64,000 bases of DNA from Patescibacteria group bacterium (GCA_049325535.1 JBMOKY010000001.1:877942-941941); one strand, 5' to 3'; positions 26,401 to 36,720 are shown, counted from the first letter of the stretch. The notes: generated from the sequence alone by a model not told the origin. Made by a program: numbers and translations.

Positions 26401-29400
26401 CCGATGGTGGTGATGCCACCAGCGCCGTTATTGCTGAAATCACCACCAATCGTCACGGATGGATCATAACCACTGGCGTCAGCGGTCAGCAAAAAATCGA
26501 AATCACTGTTTATCAAAGTCAGATTACCGGTAATATCCGGGGTTTGTGAACCCGCCGTACCGATGGTGACCTGGCGACTGGCGCCTCCGGGCATATAAAA
26601 TTCCACATCCCCGCCGTATGTCCGGTCGCTCATGATGGTATTGTTATTGGTACAATCGAACCGCAAGATAGAGCTAATCGTACCTGTCGTGGGAAATGCC
26701 GTCGCAGGCCGGTATGCAAGTCGTCCCGCGCCGGAAATAACCCCATTCAGGGTGAGGGACCCAGTCGAATTCAGAGTTACGGTCCGCCCGGACGGTATGC
26801 TCAGCGTATCGCTGGTATCAACAGTCATGGTATTTGACACGCTGAAATCGGTATTCTGAACCGTGACCGTACCGGTTCCCGAAGGATACACATCCAAATT
26901 ATATAATGTCTCATCATTCAGATCGAGCGTGACCGATGCCCCACCCACATACAAAGTACTGGTGCCAGCGCTCAGGGTCACATTGCTATTGACCGTCATA
27001 TTGGAATAAACTATCGTAGTGACGGCACTCTGCAGCGTATAGGTGGTGCTGCTGGATGGCTGGAGCTGGAGCGTACTATAAAAAGAATTATCCACGGTGA
27101 CGCTGGTACCAGTATACCGCACGATGGAGTTATTCACAGGCTGGCCAGCGAGGATGGCGTCCATGGGTGTGCCGCTGGACATGGTCAAAATAATCAGTTT
27201 GTCATTGGGGTCGATCACATGAGTCCAGGTTTCCAGATTGAAACAAGTATCAGTAGTCAGCGTGCCGGAAAAAGTAAATGAACCAGCGCCGGTAAATGAT
27301 GATGTTTTGCTGCCGCACGAGGCATGCGTAAACTCCATGCTGCTAAACGACCAATCTTCCGCGCCACCGATAGTTGACGTGTAGGGAAACGTCATGGTGC
27401 CGCCGGTCATAGCTACCGTACCGTTACCGGTTAGACTGCTCAGAATAGTGAAATCCCCCGTACCATCCATCGTGCCATTGACCGTCACTGTGCTAGTCAT
27501 GCTGGTCGCGTCCACGTGGAGTGCGGCGGGATCTGACAGTACATTGGCAATAGTAATACCGCCGCTGAAATACGTCGTCCCGGCATCGAACCACATCTCC
27601 GACCCATCTTCCAAATATAACTGGGAGCCGCCACCAGTGTTGATCTTACCACCCGGATCAAACGAATCACCGGACCATAGGAGTAAGTTTCGACCACTGT
27701 CGAGCTGCAGATATCCAGCATCATAGTAGATCACGCCCGCGTCGCCATTATCAGCAGCGAGCATGTCCGCATTGGTCATTGGTCCGGCGTTTTCGTGCCG
27801 GACGATGATCCAATTGTCATACAGCCGGGCGCCAGTGATGGCGGATGACGTATCGGCCGCCAGAGTCACGAAATTTGCCTGGATTGACTCCCCGCTGTCG
27901 ATATACAGGATGATGGGATCGCCGGCGCTCGATGGGGGCAATACACTGATACTGAATGTGCCGTCGCCGGAAGTACAGGTCGCCGTGTCAGCCGACTCAC
28001 CATTGGTCGCGCCATGGATCGTGATGTTATTTGCGCTGCAATTGTACAGCGTCGAACCTTGATCAGAATATATCGCGCCGCTAACCGTAACTCCAGTGAA
28101 TATCCAGCAGTTATTACTGCCGCCGTCATTGCTGGTGCCGTCATAGGCGCGGATCGAATCCCCGCCGCAGGCGCTGGAATTACTGGGATTGGCGTAGCGG
28201 ACTGACTGAGTGCCGGTCACTACCAGATTCCATGACCCTACCCCGCTGGATCGGGCCAGATCGATGCGCGTACCTACCGCCTGCCCGTTGATATTGATAT
28301 TCACCCACGTATGGGTGGTGCCACCGACGAACCCGAGATTCGTATTTGCCGTGGTAGCGGTGAAGGTGCCATCCACGTCAGTGGAGGAACTGAAGACGAC
28401 GCCACCGACCGAGGCATTGGTCACGATCAGATCATAAAATGAATTGACTCCCGTCAGGGTACCCGTGATGGTCTGGGTGCTGGTGCCATTCAGCGTGATA
28501 GTCGCCGTACCGGAGCTAAAATTACCGTCAACCGACATATTCCCGCCGATACTCATGGAGCTCCATCCCTGCAGCGAATCGCCAGACGGCAATGTGAAGC
28601 TGCCGGTAATGGTCACGGTCGGAGGTGTCATTTCTACCAAATTCGAACCTGATGGAGAATTCGATGAAAAATTCCCGCTGACGGTCAGTGTACCCGCGCC
28701 AGCTTCAAAAAGCCTGCTTCCTCCGCTGTTATTGTATAATTCCAAATCCCCGCCGTACGCCCGGGCGACAAACAATGTATCGTCAACCGGTCCGGCGGTC
28801 GCGTCGAGCCGGACGTCCACATCCAGCGTACCACCGGCGTCCAGATTTGCCGTGTCAGTGAATACTAATAACCCAGCGCCATTGATCGTACCATCACTCA
28901 GCCACAGCGGCGAGCCGGTAGTGACCGACCGACCGGAATTGATAGTCAGCGTGCTCCCGGACGAGACAATCAAGTAATTAGAGGTGGTAAAATCAGTATT
29001 GGCTACGGTAACGGTGTTATTCGTCCCATTCACATACACTCGATAAAACGTCTTACCGCCTGCATCTATGGTCTTCCCGTCACCAGCCATCTGCAGAGCT
29101 GTGCCTGACGTATGGGAAAAACTAACTAATGTGTCGATATATAAATCGCCATACAAACTGCCACCATTGAGGGTGTAGGATGGGGTGCCGCTGGCCGGAT
29201 CCAGGCGGAGATTGTACAGTGTGCCGCCATATACGTCGGTCGCGGCCGTCCCCTCGAAACTAAATGTCGATGCCCCCCAAGAACTTATATTCAGTCCGTA
29301 GGTAGGCGCACCGGTGCCGGTGCCGCTGCCGGTAAAATGCCAGATCTTATCGCCCGTCGCCAGTCGCGCATAGTAGGCACACTCCATGCCACAGGAGCAA

Positions 29401-32400
29401 CTCTCCGAGGTGAGCTGATGGCTGACGGTCATTTCCCCGCTCCCCTGGGCGGTCATGGTGTAGCTGGCCGTACAGGCCCCACTGTAGCCGGCAGTCAAAT
29501 TATAAAATGTCCAGTTGGTATTCCCGGCGATGGTCGAGGTGTTCTGCACTTCCACGGTGCCGCCGGTCATATTGACGGTGCCATTACCGCTGAAGTCCCC
29601 CAGCACGGTGATATTGCTGGTACCCTGGATAGTGCCGCCATTGGCGGTGATATTCCCCGTCACATTCAGCGCGTTGCTCACCACCAGCGTACCCAGCGTC
29701 ATGGTCACATTGCTATTCACTGTCGTGGCGGAATTCAGCGTCCACTGCCCGCCGGAGCCATTGAACACCACCGTATTCACATCAGCATCCGTGGCGCTCG
29801 TGCTGTCGATGGTTTCGGTAGTGGTTGATTCAAAAGTAATCGTCTCGCTCGCGGCGTTATAATCCCCATTATTATCCCAGGACCCAGATACGGTCACCGA
29901 CGCGGCCGGGGTCAATTGCCCGTTGATTTCCACATCATGCGCTTCGAGCAAATCACTCCCGGTCAAATCCAGATGCGATCCCGACAGGATGCGTAGTTTA
30001 TCATCAGCATACACATCGTCATCGTCGACGGTAAACACCGGGCCATCCAGAGATGTCCAGCAGGAAAACATGATGTCCTCATCATTCACATTTTGATAGG
30101 TCGTCGCCGTACAGTGGCTATCCGTCAGCGTGGGATTGTCATCACTGCCGATAGTCAGTACGTGCGTATCGAGCACCATGCCGGTGATGTGGCCACTGCC
30201 GTCGTAAATGGTGATAGCCGTCGATTCGTTATCATTACCCACGTTATCAATCCATACATAGACCTCATCCCCGGATGACGGAGCGGTCACACCGGAAATC
30301 GTCCAGGTGCCGGAGGAAATCGTGGTCGTGGATCCTTGGAGGGTGCTATTGTACGCGTACCGTACGGTCGCGCCTTCATTGCCATTGGCCGTGCCAGATA
30401 TGGCAAACCCAAAATTCCAGTTCGTATTGGTGCCACAGTTGGTATTGGTGCCGTCATCGGCACCGATCTCACTGCCGCTTGATGCGTCAGACCGGGCCAC
30501 ATCGACATATGAGACAGCCGTCTGGGTTCCGGAAACATTGAGCAGCCACGTGCCGGAGGTCAGATTTGAATTCCGAAATACGATGAAGTTACCTACTGAA
30601 CCCGCCCAATTGATATTATTGACGGTGTACGTAGATCCGGAATTGTACTCTACTTCCACGCTGCCAGTGGTGATAGTGTAGGTGCCGGAGATGGTAGCCG
30701 CGGCTGCGAAATCGATGCTGGGGTTAAAAGACGTGGAGCACCCGGACCATGAACCGGCGGTGTTGGTCAGGATCAGATTATAAAAATTATTAGTCGAGGT
30801 AGTCATCGATCCGGACAATGTCTGCTTGGCAGTTCCGGACAGAGTGACTGTACCGAGATTATCGGTAAACGTACCATTATTGGTGTAGTCTCCTTTCAGG
30901 TCAAACGAACCGGTATTACTCGCTTCCCATACGGTACCCGTACCGATAGTCAATGCTTGAGTAATGGTAAATGTCGGATCGTAGGTATTCACCTGCACGG
31001 TCAGGGTCCCGGCACCCGCCCGGGTAGTGGTCACCCCTCCAGTAATGCTGAACGTGCGGCCGGCGGTATCCCCGAGGGTGATCGTCCGTGATGAAGCGGA
31101 ATTATTATACAGTTCCAAGATTTTACCCGACCCGACAAGCGTCCGGGTGCTGGCGGTGCCATTGACAGTGATGTCATTTGACGTGGCGTCCAGCCGAATA
31201 TTAGCACTGATCGAAGGACTGGCCGGCAGTGTCGATGCCTGGACGATGAGAGTCCCGTCGCCGCTGATGATAGAGGACGAATTATTAGCCAGTGAACCCG
31301 TGCTGGCCACCGTCGCGCTGTATGAACTGGCGATATCCAGCTGGGTAAGAGACGCGATGCTTAAGGTGTTGGTTACGGTCATATTTCCCGCTTGCATGTG
31401 TGCCACAGTTCCAAATCCGGTCAGGGAAAAATTATAAAACGAAGTACCATTTGGATACAGCGCGTCATCATCATCACCATCCATAGCCAGCGTATTGCCG
31501 GACGTGGCAGTATATGTCCCACCGGTGAAATCGACGATGTTGCTCACGGTCCACGTGCCTGTGCCGGAAGTGATAGACTCGCTTCCGCCACCGGTGCCAG
31601 TGAAGTCCAAATCACCGCCGATAGTCACCGTCGGATTATTGGTATTTGCCGCTACCGCCATCGTCTGGGTGCCGGCTGCCAGTACATGAAAATGCGCGCC
31701 TGAACCGGACAGAGTATAGGTGCCCGAGGCCAGGGTGGCCGTGCGCGTCCCGGCACTACTGCTGGAATAAAACTCTACCGGCCCAGCATACGTCCGGGCG
31801 TCGATGGTCGTCGATGCCACATCGCCACTCGTCGCGTCATAGCGAGTGATGGCACTCAAGGTACCGGTCGTCCCCGGACCACCGGCGCCATTCGGATAGA
31901 CTAGCCGTCCCGCACCGGATACCGTGCCATTGAGGGTGGTGTTGGCCGCATTGGTATGGGTCACGGTCCGGTCCGATCCGATGGAAAGCACATCATCAGT
32001 ATCGATATTCAGAGTATTGGTCACGGTCACATCATTCGAGCCGCCGACCGTCACCGTACCGACGGTACTGTCACCGATGGTCAGATTATAAAATGTGGTG
32101 TCGGTGGTGCCATTGATAGCGCCATTGCCCACCAGTTGCACCGTACTGGTACCACCGGTATACGTGCCGCCGTTATTGGTGAAATCACCGGTCACCGCCA
32201 TGGTATTGTCATTGCCATTGAATGTCTTGCCGGAACTGATGATAAATGACCCGGCTAAGTTTAAGGTCTGCGTGGTACTGTCATTAAATTTACTGTCCTC
32301 ATCGACCTGAAAATTATAAAACGAATGTGCCGCTGCCTGCACGTCATAATACGTCCGGGACGAGGAATCACCGCCGCCATTCAGCCCTAAATGCAGCGTG

Positions 32401-35400
32401 CCGCCACTGGGCGCCCCCCCAAGTCCATTACCCGTCACCAGCGTGGCAGTATTGTACACCAGGAAACCCCGAGCATAGAGATGGCCTCCAGTCATATAAA
32501 AATTGACGGTGCCAGGAGTGGTGTTTGCCCATTCCACGATGGCATTGTTCCCGGCATACACGCTGGCACCGGCCAGATAGGTGGTCGACCCGGCGCGCAG
32601 ACGGATATGCGAACTGTTTGCCGTATCGCCGGTGATGGTACCTGCGCTCCAATACCCCGTGCCGCCGGTGGCCTGGTACTCACCAGTAAATATGACACTG
32701 GCGCCAGTATCAAATATCAGCGTTCCGCCGCTGTGAGCGATGGTGCTGCCAGTTCCATTGCCCCAGACATTGACCGCTGTACTGATGGTCGTCGTGCCAT
32801 TGCTGACCAGGAGGTCATCGGCGATATTGATAGTGCCACCAGACAATGTCGTGGTACCGGTAGACGATAAATCTTCAACCAATCCATCGCCAATCGCAAA
32901 TGTGCCTCCGCTTACATTGAGCGTGCCTGTGACAGTGACACCGCTGTCACCATTGGCATTTGTCGAGTTTTGGACATTGAGCGTGGCGCCGGTATCGATG
33001 GTCGTGCTGCCGGCGATGGTATTGGTCGCGGTATCCAGGTACATGGTGGCACTATCATCCACATGCAGCGAACCGGTCCCCTGAGTGGTCACGGTGCCGT
33101 TCGGATCATACGTATCACCGGTCCAGAGGTGCAGTTCGAAATTTGAATCAACCGTCAGATTTGATGAGGCGACGTCGAATTTCACGTCGCTGTCTCCGCC
33201 CTCCCGGTCGCCTGACTCCAGATTCGCATTGGTGATGGATGCCCCATAATCGTTGCGCACGATGACGCGATTTTGGTACAGGTGGGCATTGGTCTGCGTG
33301 GTGCCATCGCTCTTGAATACCGTAGTCGCTTCTTCCGTCTCCTCATCCACAAATATGGTGATGACATCCCCGGCTGAGGCAGTCACGTTTGCTATGGTAT
33401 AGTCCCCGCTCGAGGTTTCTGCCGTGCACGCCCCGCCACCGCACGCGTTCGCATTGCCATTGACCCACAGTACGATGGTCTTTGCCGATGCGGTTATCTT
33501 GGTCGATCCTTCGTCAGAATACAGCGATCCGCCGATGCTGATGCCGCTGGCGGCACCGCAGCCGCTGGCATTGGTACACTCGGCCAGGATCACGTCGAAA
33601 TACTGCGGCTTGTGGTCAGTGCTGGCATTGAACGATGCGGTGATGGTATGCGTGTGGGTGCTACGCGCCACACCAGTGCCAGCAGCCGTACCGCCTGAAT
33701 TGGCGGATGGGGTTCCGGTATTGCCGCTGGTCTGATTGGCCATGCTATGGGTATCGGCTGATTGGGGGGTAGCGGAATAGCTAGATGACCCGCGGATGAA
33801 TTGGCCATTGTACGTCTGGCTGGCGCCAGACACCGTGGTCCAGCCAGTCGGCGGCGCGGCGTCCCACATGGCGATCATATTTTGCGGCACGCTATTGTCC
33901 GCCGTGGCCTGATAGATGAGCGACTGGATGTAGGAAGGTAAAGAGGTATATGAAGTGGAATTGGTAGCGGTAGGCGCGGTATGGGTATGAGTAAAAGATG
34001 CGGACCGGTACGTTGCCAAACCGATATCCTCATCAGCCGAGCCTGATGCGGCGGTCAGTGATCCCCAGGTCAGCGAATGGGTGTGCGTGTTGGCCGTCCC
34101 GCCAGTCGCGTGGGAATTATTTATTTTTACCATGCGGTCGTCCGCGCTACTGAATTGGGACCAGCTGCCGCTGGGTGTGGTATCGAAAAACACAAACGCA
34201 TTATTCGGAATGGTAGTGGGATCTGTGGAATTGCTTTTCCACAGGTAAAACGTGTAATTGAGCGGATCATTATTAGCGCTGCCCACCGTCAGACTATTGA
34301 TCCCATGGGTATGACTGGTCAACGACATGATGGAACAAAAATCAGAGCATCCATGGTCAGATACTTCCGTGGACGGCGCGCTGATAGTCTGGCCGGAGAC
34401 GGTGTGCGTGTGCGATGTCGCACCGCCCGAGGGCGGGGTAGCATCGGTACTGGCCGCACCACGAGGATAGTAGCCATTGTAGGTCGTATCAGTCGTCCAC
34501 CCGGTGGGTGCCGAGCTGGAATTCCCCAGTACAAACATATAGGCCGGATCGATGACCAGCTGCCAGGCGCGCGCCTCCTGCCACTCACCCACCTGCGCCG
34601 GGCCAAAAGCAAATAGTGCCGGACTTTTTTCTGGCGATTTGAATGCATAGGTCAGCTCGGTATCGCTTCCCGCTGCCAGATCCACCTCCCACACGATGGA
34701 ATGCACGATGGCCGACCCGGTGTCATACGGCTCCACGCGCCCGCCCTGACCCGGCTCCACCGTAAATTCACCCGGGATGAGCTCACGTACTATGCCGGCG
34801 AAATCATCGCGCGCATGTACCCGCAGCGTCATCGGCTGAGGCACATTCGGGAAAACGCGGGTGGGACCCTGCCGGGTAATATAATACGCCGGGTCCTCAG
34901 CTACGGTAAACGAATCAGTCAGCCGCCGCTCGTCCCCCTGTACCGCGGCAACGAGCTCCACGCTATATCGCCCGATAACGGTCGGCGTGTACACGGCCAC
35001 ATAGTCCGGTCCCTCGTAGACGTCTTTCACCGAGCAATAGTCGGTGACCGCAATCGACCCATCGGCTGACGACAGGATGGAGACGGTGCCCTGAGGATCA
35101 GTGATCCTGAGCAGCATGTCCGCGGTACAGACGATATGGCCGGTGTCATCCACCGCGCCGAGAGAAAACGTGACGTCCTGCCCGAGCCGGTACTGCGCCT
35201 GGTCGGTATTCATGGCCAGTCCGCCCCAGACAAACTCATAGACGACCTCCTTGGTCCGGCCATCCTGCTCCACTGCCACGGTCACCGAGTATTTGCCCGG
35301 CCGGGTAAATGAACCAGTGCCCACCGTCACCGCTGCGGTCGTGTCACCGCCAGATTCTGATTCGGTGACAGCGATTCGCGCGTCCTGGGTGGTGCCATTG

Positions 35401-36701
35401 GGGTCGGTGATGGCCACGTTTTTGATTTCGCGGGTAGTCGGCTCGACGCCTAAGAATTCGAAATTGGACCCTTCTTTTATAGTGACGTCAATCACCGGCT
35501 GCTCATCCAGGGCGAAATTACCGTCACCCTCCACATCGACAAATGCGGTACTCTCCTCGATCTGCTGGATGACCGGGTCCGGCTCCTGCACCGTCGCCCG
35601 GACGGTCACCCCGTCTATCCATGCCGCCGTGGCTGCGTCCGCCGAGCCAGAAGCAAATGTTGCCCGGAATCGAACTTGGGTGATCTGGGCGATGCTGGTG
35701 ATATCAGGAAGCGGATAGATGAAAAAATCTCCATGAATAGCGTTGCTAAAATTTTCAGTGAGCGCCATCGATTCCAGTGCCATCCAGGTCTGGCCGGCAT
35801 CAGCCGAATACTCCAGTACCAGCACATCATCACTGGCAGAGTCCCCCTGGGCGGCTAATGAAATCGCGAGGGCCACCTCGGAAATAGTAGATGCTGGATC
35901 CACGCTGTCCGGCAGCCGGAACCCGCCAACCGTGAGGATTGGGTCAGAGGTATCCAGCGGCGCATCGGTGACCTCACCGATAGAAGCGGGCTGATCCTCG
36001 ATCACGGTAGTATGCTCTATCTCCACCGGCTGTTGGTCGGCCGGCTGCAATGCGTGGAAATGCGCAGCATTGTCATCGGTGAAATCGCCGATACCCGCCG
36101 TGGGCAGCGCATCGATCTCCATCACTGCCGCAGTCGCATCCCAGCCCGCAGCCGTACTCGGTGCCAGTGTGTATGTCTCTACCGGCGCCTGTCCAGCCCG
36201 AGCCAAATAAATATAGGCAAAGAAGCTGACCTGCACTACGGCAAACGTAAATGCGACGAGGAGGACGGAAAAAATGTATAGGGAAAATTTACGGCTCAAA
36301 AAATACAGCTGGAACCAGCGCCAGGAAAATCCCGGTTTGAGCACGTAGCGATTGTCATCTGATTCCGGCACGACTGGTGCGACAGGCACTACCACGATCC
36401 GCTTGTGCGGCGGCAGCGACTGATAGAAGGAGCGGATCGCTTCACGGTCATATCGTCGGTCCTGCCGGATACCGATGCGGACAGCACGAAGCCGACCAGA
36501 ACGGTCCCAGTTCCGGAGGGTATTTGGGTGCACGCCAAGGATTTCGCTGACCTGCTCTATGGTGAGCAAATGCGGCAGCGAATCAAAGTCTATGGAGCGT
36601 TCCTGTACGGTTGGCGTCTGTTTTTGTTTTTTCTTAAACCAAAACAGCTCCACGAATTTACTTTTTACTTTCGCTTCAATTAGCGAAAAATAATCATTCA
36701 C
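23433..36701 (-). CDS. Giant (4422 aa) protein: N-terminal MerR/HTH_17-like HTH, TM helix, HxH tail-fibre-like repeats, beta-helix-like stalk, WxL-like C-terminus
   Basis: 13.3-kb uninterrupted ORF; LLTIEQVSEILGVHPNTLRNWD...DRRY; TM near aa 140-166; G/T/S/N-rich repeats. Confidence 0.8.
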   Translation of the reverse strand: MNDYFSLIEAKVKSKFVELFWFKKKQKQTPTVQERSIDFDSLPHLLTIEQVSEILGVHPNTLRNWDRSGRLRAVRIGIRQDRRYDREAIRSFYQSLPPHKRIVVVPVAPVVPESDDNRYVLKPGFSWRWFQLYFLSRKFSLYIFSVLLVAFTFAVVQVSFFAYIYLARAGQAPVETYTLAPSTAAGWDATAAVMEIDALPTAGIGDFTDDNAAHFHALQPADQQPVEIEHTTVIEDQPASIGEVTDAPLDTSDPILTVGGFRLPDSVDPASTISEVALAISLAAQGDSASDDVLVLEYSADAGQTWMALESMALTENFSNAIHGDFFIYPLPDITSIAQITQVRFRATFASGSADAATAAWIDGVTVRATVQEPDPVIQQIEESTAFVDVEGDGNFALDEQPVIDVTIKEGSNFEFLGVEPTTREIKNVAITDPNGTTQDARIAVTESESGGDTTAAVTVGTGSFTRPGKYSVTVAVEQDGRTKEVVYEFVWGGLAMNTDQAQYRLGQDVTFSLGAVDDTGHIVCTADMLLRITDPQGTVSILSSADGSIAVTDYCSVKDVYEGPDYVAVYTPTVIGRYSVELVAAVQGDERRLTDSFTVAEDPAYYITRQGPTRVFPNVPQPMTLRVHARDDFAGIVRELIPGEFTVEPGQGGRVEPYDTGSAIVHSIVWEVDLAAGSDTELTYAFKSPEKSPALFAFGPAQVGEWQEARAWQLVIDPAYMFVLGNSSSAPTGWTTDTTYNGYYPRGAASTDATPPSGGATSHTHTVSGQTISAPSTEVSDHGCSDFCSIMSLTSHTHGINSLTVGSANNDPLNYTFYLWKSNSTDPTTIPNNAFVFFDTTPSGSWSQFSSADDRMVKINNSHATGGTANTHTHSLTWGSLTAASGSADEDIGLATYRSASFTHTHTAPTATNSTSYTSLPSYIQSLIYQATADNSVPQNMIAMWDAAPPTGWTTVSGASQTYNGQFIRGSSSYSATPQSADTHSMANQTSGNTGTPSANSGGTAAGTGVARSTHTHTITASFNASTDHKPQYFDVILAECTNASGCGAASGISIGGSLYSDEGSTKITASAKTIVLWVNGNANACGGGACTAETSSGDYTIANVTASAGDVITIFVDEETEEATTVFKSDGTTQTNAHLYQNRVIVRNDYGASITNANLESGDREGGDSDVKFDVASSNLTVDSNFELHLWTGDTYDPNGTVTTQGTGSLHVDDSATMYLDTATNTIAGSTTIDTGATLNVQNSTNANGDSGVTVTGTLNVSGGTFAIGDGLVEDLSSTGTTTLSGGTINIADDLLVSNGTTTISTAVNVWGNGTGSTIAHSGGTLIFDTGASVIFTGEYQATGGTGYWSAGTITGDTANSSHIRLRAGSTTYLAGASVYAGNNAIVEWANTTPGTVNFYMTGGHLYARGFLVYNTATLVTGNGLGGAPSGGTLHLGLNGGGDSSSRTYYDVQAAAHSFYNFQVDEDSKFNDSTTQTLNLAGSFIISSGKTFNGNDNTMAVTGDFTNNGGTYTGGTSTVQLVGNGAINGTTDTTFYNLTIGDSTVGTVTVGGSNDVTVTNTLNIDTDDVLSIGSDRTVTHTNAANTTLNGTVSGAGRLVYPNGAGGPGTTGTLSAITRYDATSGDVASTTIDARTYAGPVEFYSSSSAGTRTATLASGTYTLSGSGAHFHVLAAGTQTMAVAANTNNPTVTIGGDLDFTGTGGGSESITSGTGTWTVSNIVDFTGGTYTATSGNTLAMDGDDDDALYPNGTSFYNFSLTGFGTVAHMQAGNMTVTNTLSIASLTQLDIASSYSATVASTGSLANNSSSIISGDGTLIVQASTLPASPSISANIRLDATSNDITVNGTASTRTLVGSGKILELYNNSASSRTITLGDTAGRTFSITGGVTTTRAGAGTLTVQVNTYDPTFTITQALTIGTGTVWEASNTGSFDLKGDYTNNGTFTDNLGTVTLSGTAKQTLSGSMTTSTNNFYNLILTNTAGSWSGCSTSFNPSIDFAAAATISGTYTITTGSVEVEYNSGSTYTVNNINWAGSVGNFIVFRNSNLTSGTWLLNVSGTQTAVSYVDVARSDASSGSEIGADDGTNTNCGTNTNWNFGFAISGTANGNEGATVRYAYNSTLQGSTTTISSGTWTISGVTAPSSGDEVYVWIDNVGNDNESTAITIYDGSGHITGMVLDTHVLTIGSDDNPTLTDSHCTATTYQNVNDEDIMFSCWTSLDGPVFTVDDDDVYADDKLRILSGSHLDLTGSDLLEAHDVEINGQLTPAASVTVSGSWDNNGDYNAASETITFESTTTETIDSTSATDADVNTVVFNGSGGQWTLNSATTVNSNVTMTLGTLVVSNALNVTGNITANGGTIQGTSNITVLGDFSGNGTVNMTGGTVEVQNTSTIAGNTNWTFYNLTAGYSGACTASYTMTAQGSGEMTVSHQLTSESCSCGMECAYYARLATGDKIWHFTGSGTGTGAPTYGLNISSWGASTFSFEGTAATDVYGGTLYNLRLDPASGTPSYTLNGGSLYGDLYIDTLVSFSHTSGTALQMAGDGKTIDAGGKTFYRVYVNGTNNTVTVANTDFTTSNYLIVSSGSTLTINSGRSVTTGSPLWLSDGTINGAGLLVFTDTANLDAGGTLDVDVRLDATAGPVDDTLFVARAYGGDLELYNNSGGSRLFEAGAGTLTVSGNFSSNSPSGSNLVEMTPPTVTITGSFTLPSGDSLQGWSSMSIGGNMSVDGNFSSGTATITLNGTSTQTITGTLTGVNSFYDLIVTNASVGGVVFSSSTDVDGTFTATTANTNLGFVGGTTHTWVNININGQAVGTRIDLARSSGVGSWNLVVTGTQSVRYANPSNSSACGGDSIRAYDGTSNDGGSNNCWIFTGVTVSGAIYSDQGSTLYNCSANNITIHGATNGESADTATCTSGDGTFSISVLPPSSAGDPIILYIDSGESIQANFVTLAADTSSAITGARLYDNWIIVRHENAGPMTNADMLAADNGDAGVIYYDAGYLQLDSGRNLLLWSGDSFDPGGKINTGGGSQLYLEDGSEMWFDAGTTYFSGGITIANVLSDPAALHVDATSMTSTVTVNGTMDGTGDFTILSSLTGNGTVAMTGGTMTFPYTSTIGGAEDWSFSSMEFTHASCGSKTSSFTGAGSFTFSGTLTTDTCFNLETWTHVIDPNDKLIILTMSSGTPMDAILAGQPVNNSIVRYTGTSVTVDNSFYSTLQLQPSSSTTYTLQSAVTTIVYSNMTVNSNVTLSAGTSTLYVGGASVTLDLNDETLYNLDVYPSGTGTVTVQNTDFSVSNTMTVDTSDTLSIPSGRTVTLNSTGSLTLNGVISGAGRLAYRPATAFPTTGTISSILRFDCTNNNTIMSDRTYGGDVEFYMPGGASRQVTIGTAGSQTPDITGNLTLINSDFDFLLTADASGYDPSVTIGGDFSNNGAGGITTIGAGAGTWTVGGDVELTRGQFIPDTGSTLIMNGTGTLFVDNVYGSDTSPYNFQTSGSGTITLDDPMTVSNDMVVGSGTTVTGAQNLTVTGGDITGDGILNLTAGTLTIPSTSGSFGGDTAWSINNFHLSSTTQCADRITTATGTGQMTVTGVITTDAVYDPLEICGCTEESCYGHALHAGSKTWVITQGGTGGSRPVINNGRIVGNTSTFRYTGEVATDIQSLSNYSYYYNLHVQPSGGATPAYTFTSPTANSITHDLVVGDGSHNVHLNAASNNAVITVGNDLSCTAGASTNSVTTGTATWTVTGNTTLSNCDTFTATAGHTLLMNGASKVITSGGKTLSNFQVGVGSVSSADAMDVNGTFTVSSGSFTHHASSNLNVAGDFTIASGATFNPATSGLLILDGDLTYADNRVTQTSVGDVHIGTSPDTTDLATDMTAKSLTINDGDVFNTHGYDLDIGIGGITIAADGGSGGGRLDVDDDVETDGTYMATDGKFDLQSGAQLNNSDGTNVGSTLAFTIPATAVSDVTSDLITAGTGNPYDLVIDDGGGTYDLTVEIEDPLTVENDITITDGILDTKSTESNAITIGGDWTNADTFTSQLATATFTGAAKPGGTIYIDSSGAQCAACDDFFHVVLNDSANGDTFQLESNLDVNGNLTITGGTLDTKNLSNYSVYLAGNWTNNDIFEARSGTVTADGINQQTFSGTMTGASAFYNLTITNSSGSNPETSPSVIFSAAAETDNNFTATTANTKLRFNAGSTYTFQNISFNGQATGTRVFLRSSSTGTQWDIHVAGTRSVSNTNVRDSDACGQAPDIDASNGTNFDATNNDCWLINSMSFSISDTTIGFGSLSATQDRYATGDGTGSDTEVQAHTLAAATSGGGGYSIDIDGTTLTSGAGDSIDYIGGTNTASQTGTEQYGIRATASGGSGSVSAPYADAGFAYDLINFPDTFATSAGASSTTTYSVRYMSNISSQTEAGNYTSNITYIITPEF

Positions 36702-36720
36702 TTACCAAAAAACTGATTAC

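Noticed and set aside
33575-36580. Prophage (excisionase-like HTH and tail-fibre-like motifs)
   Set aside because: Both are domains of one membrane-anchored ORF; no capsid, terminase or integrase nearby
3305-36693. Numerous 60-270 aa ORFs antisense to or overlapping the long genes
   Set aside because: Shadow frames of GC-rich coding sequence with no recognisable motifs
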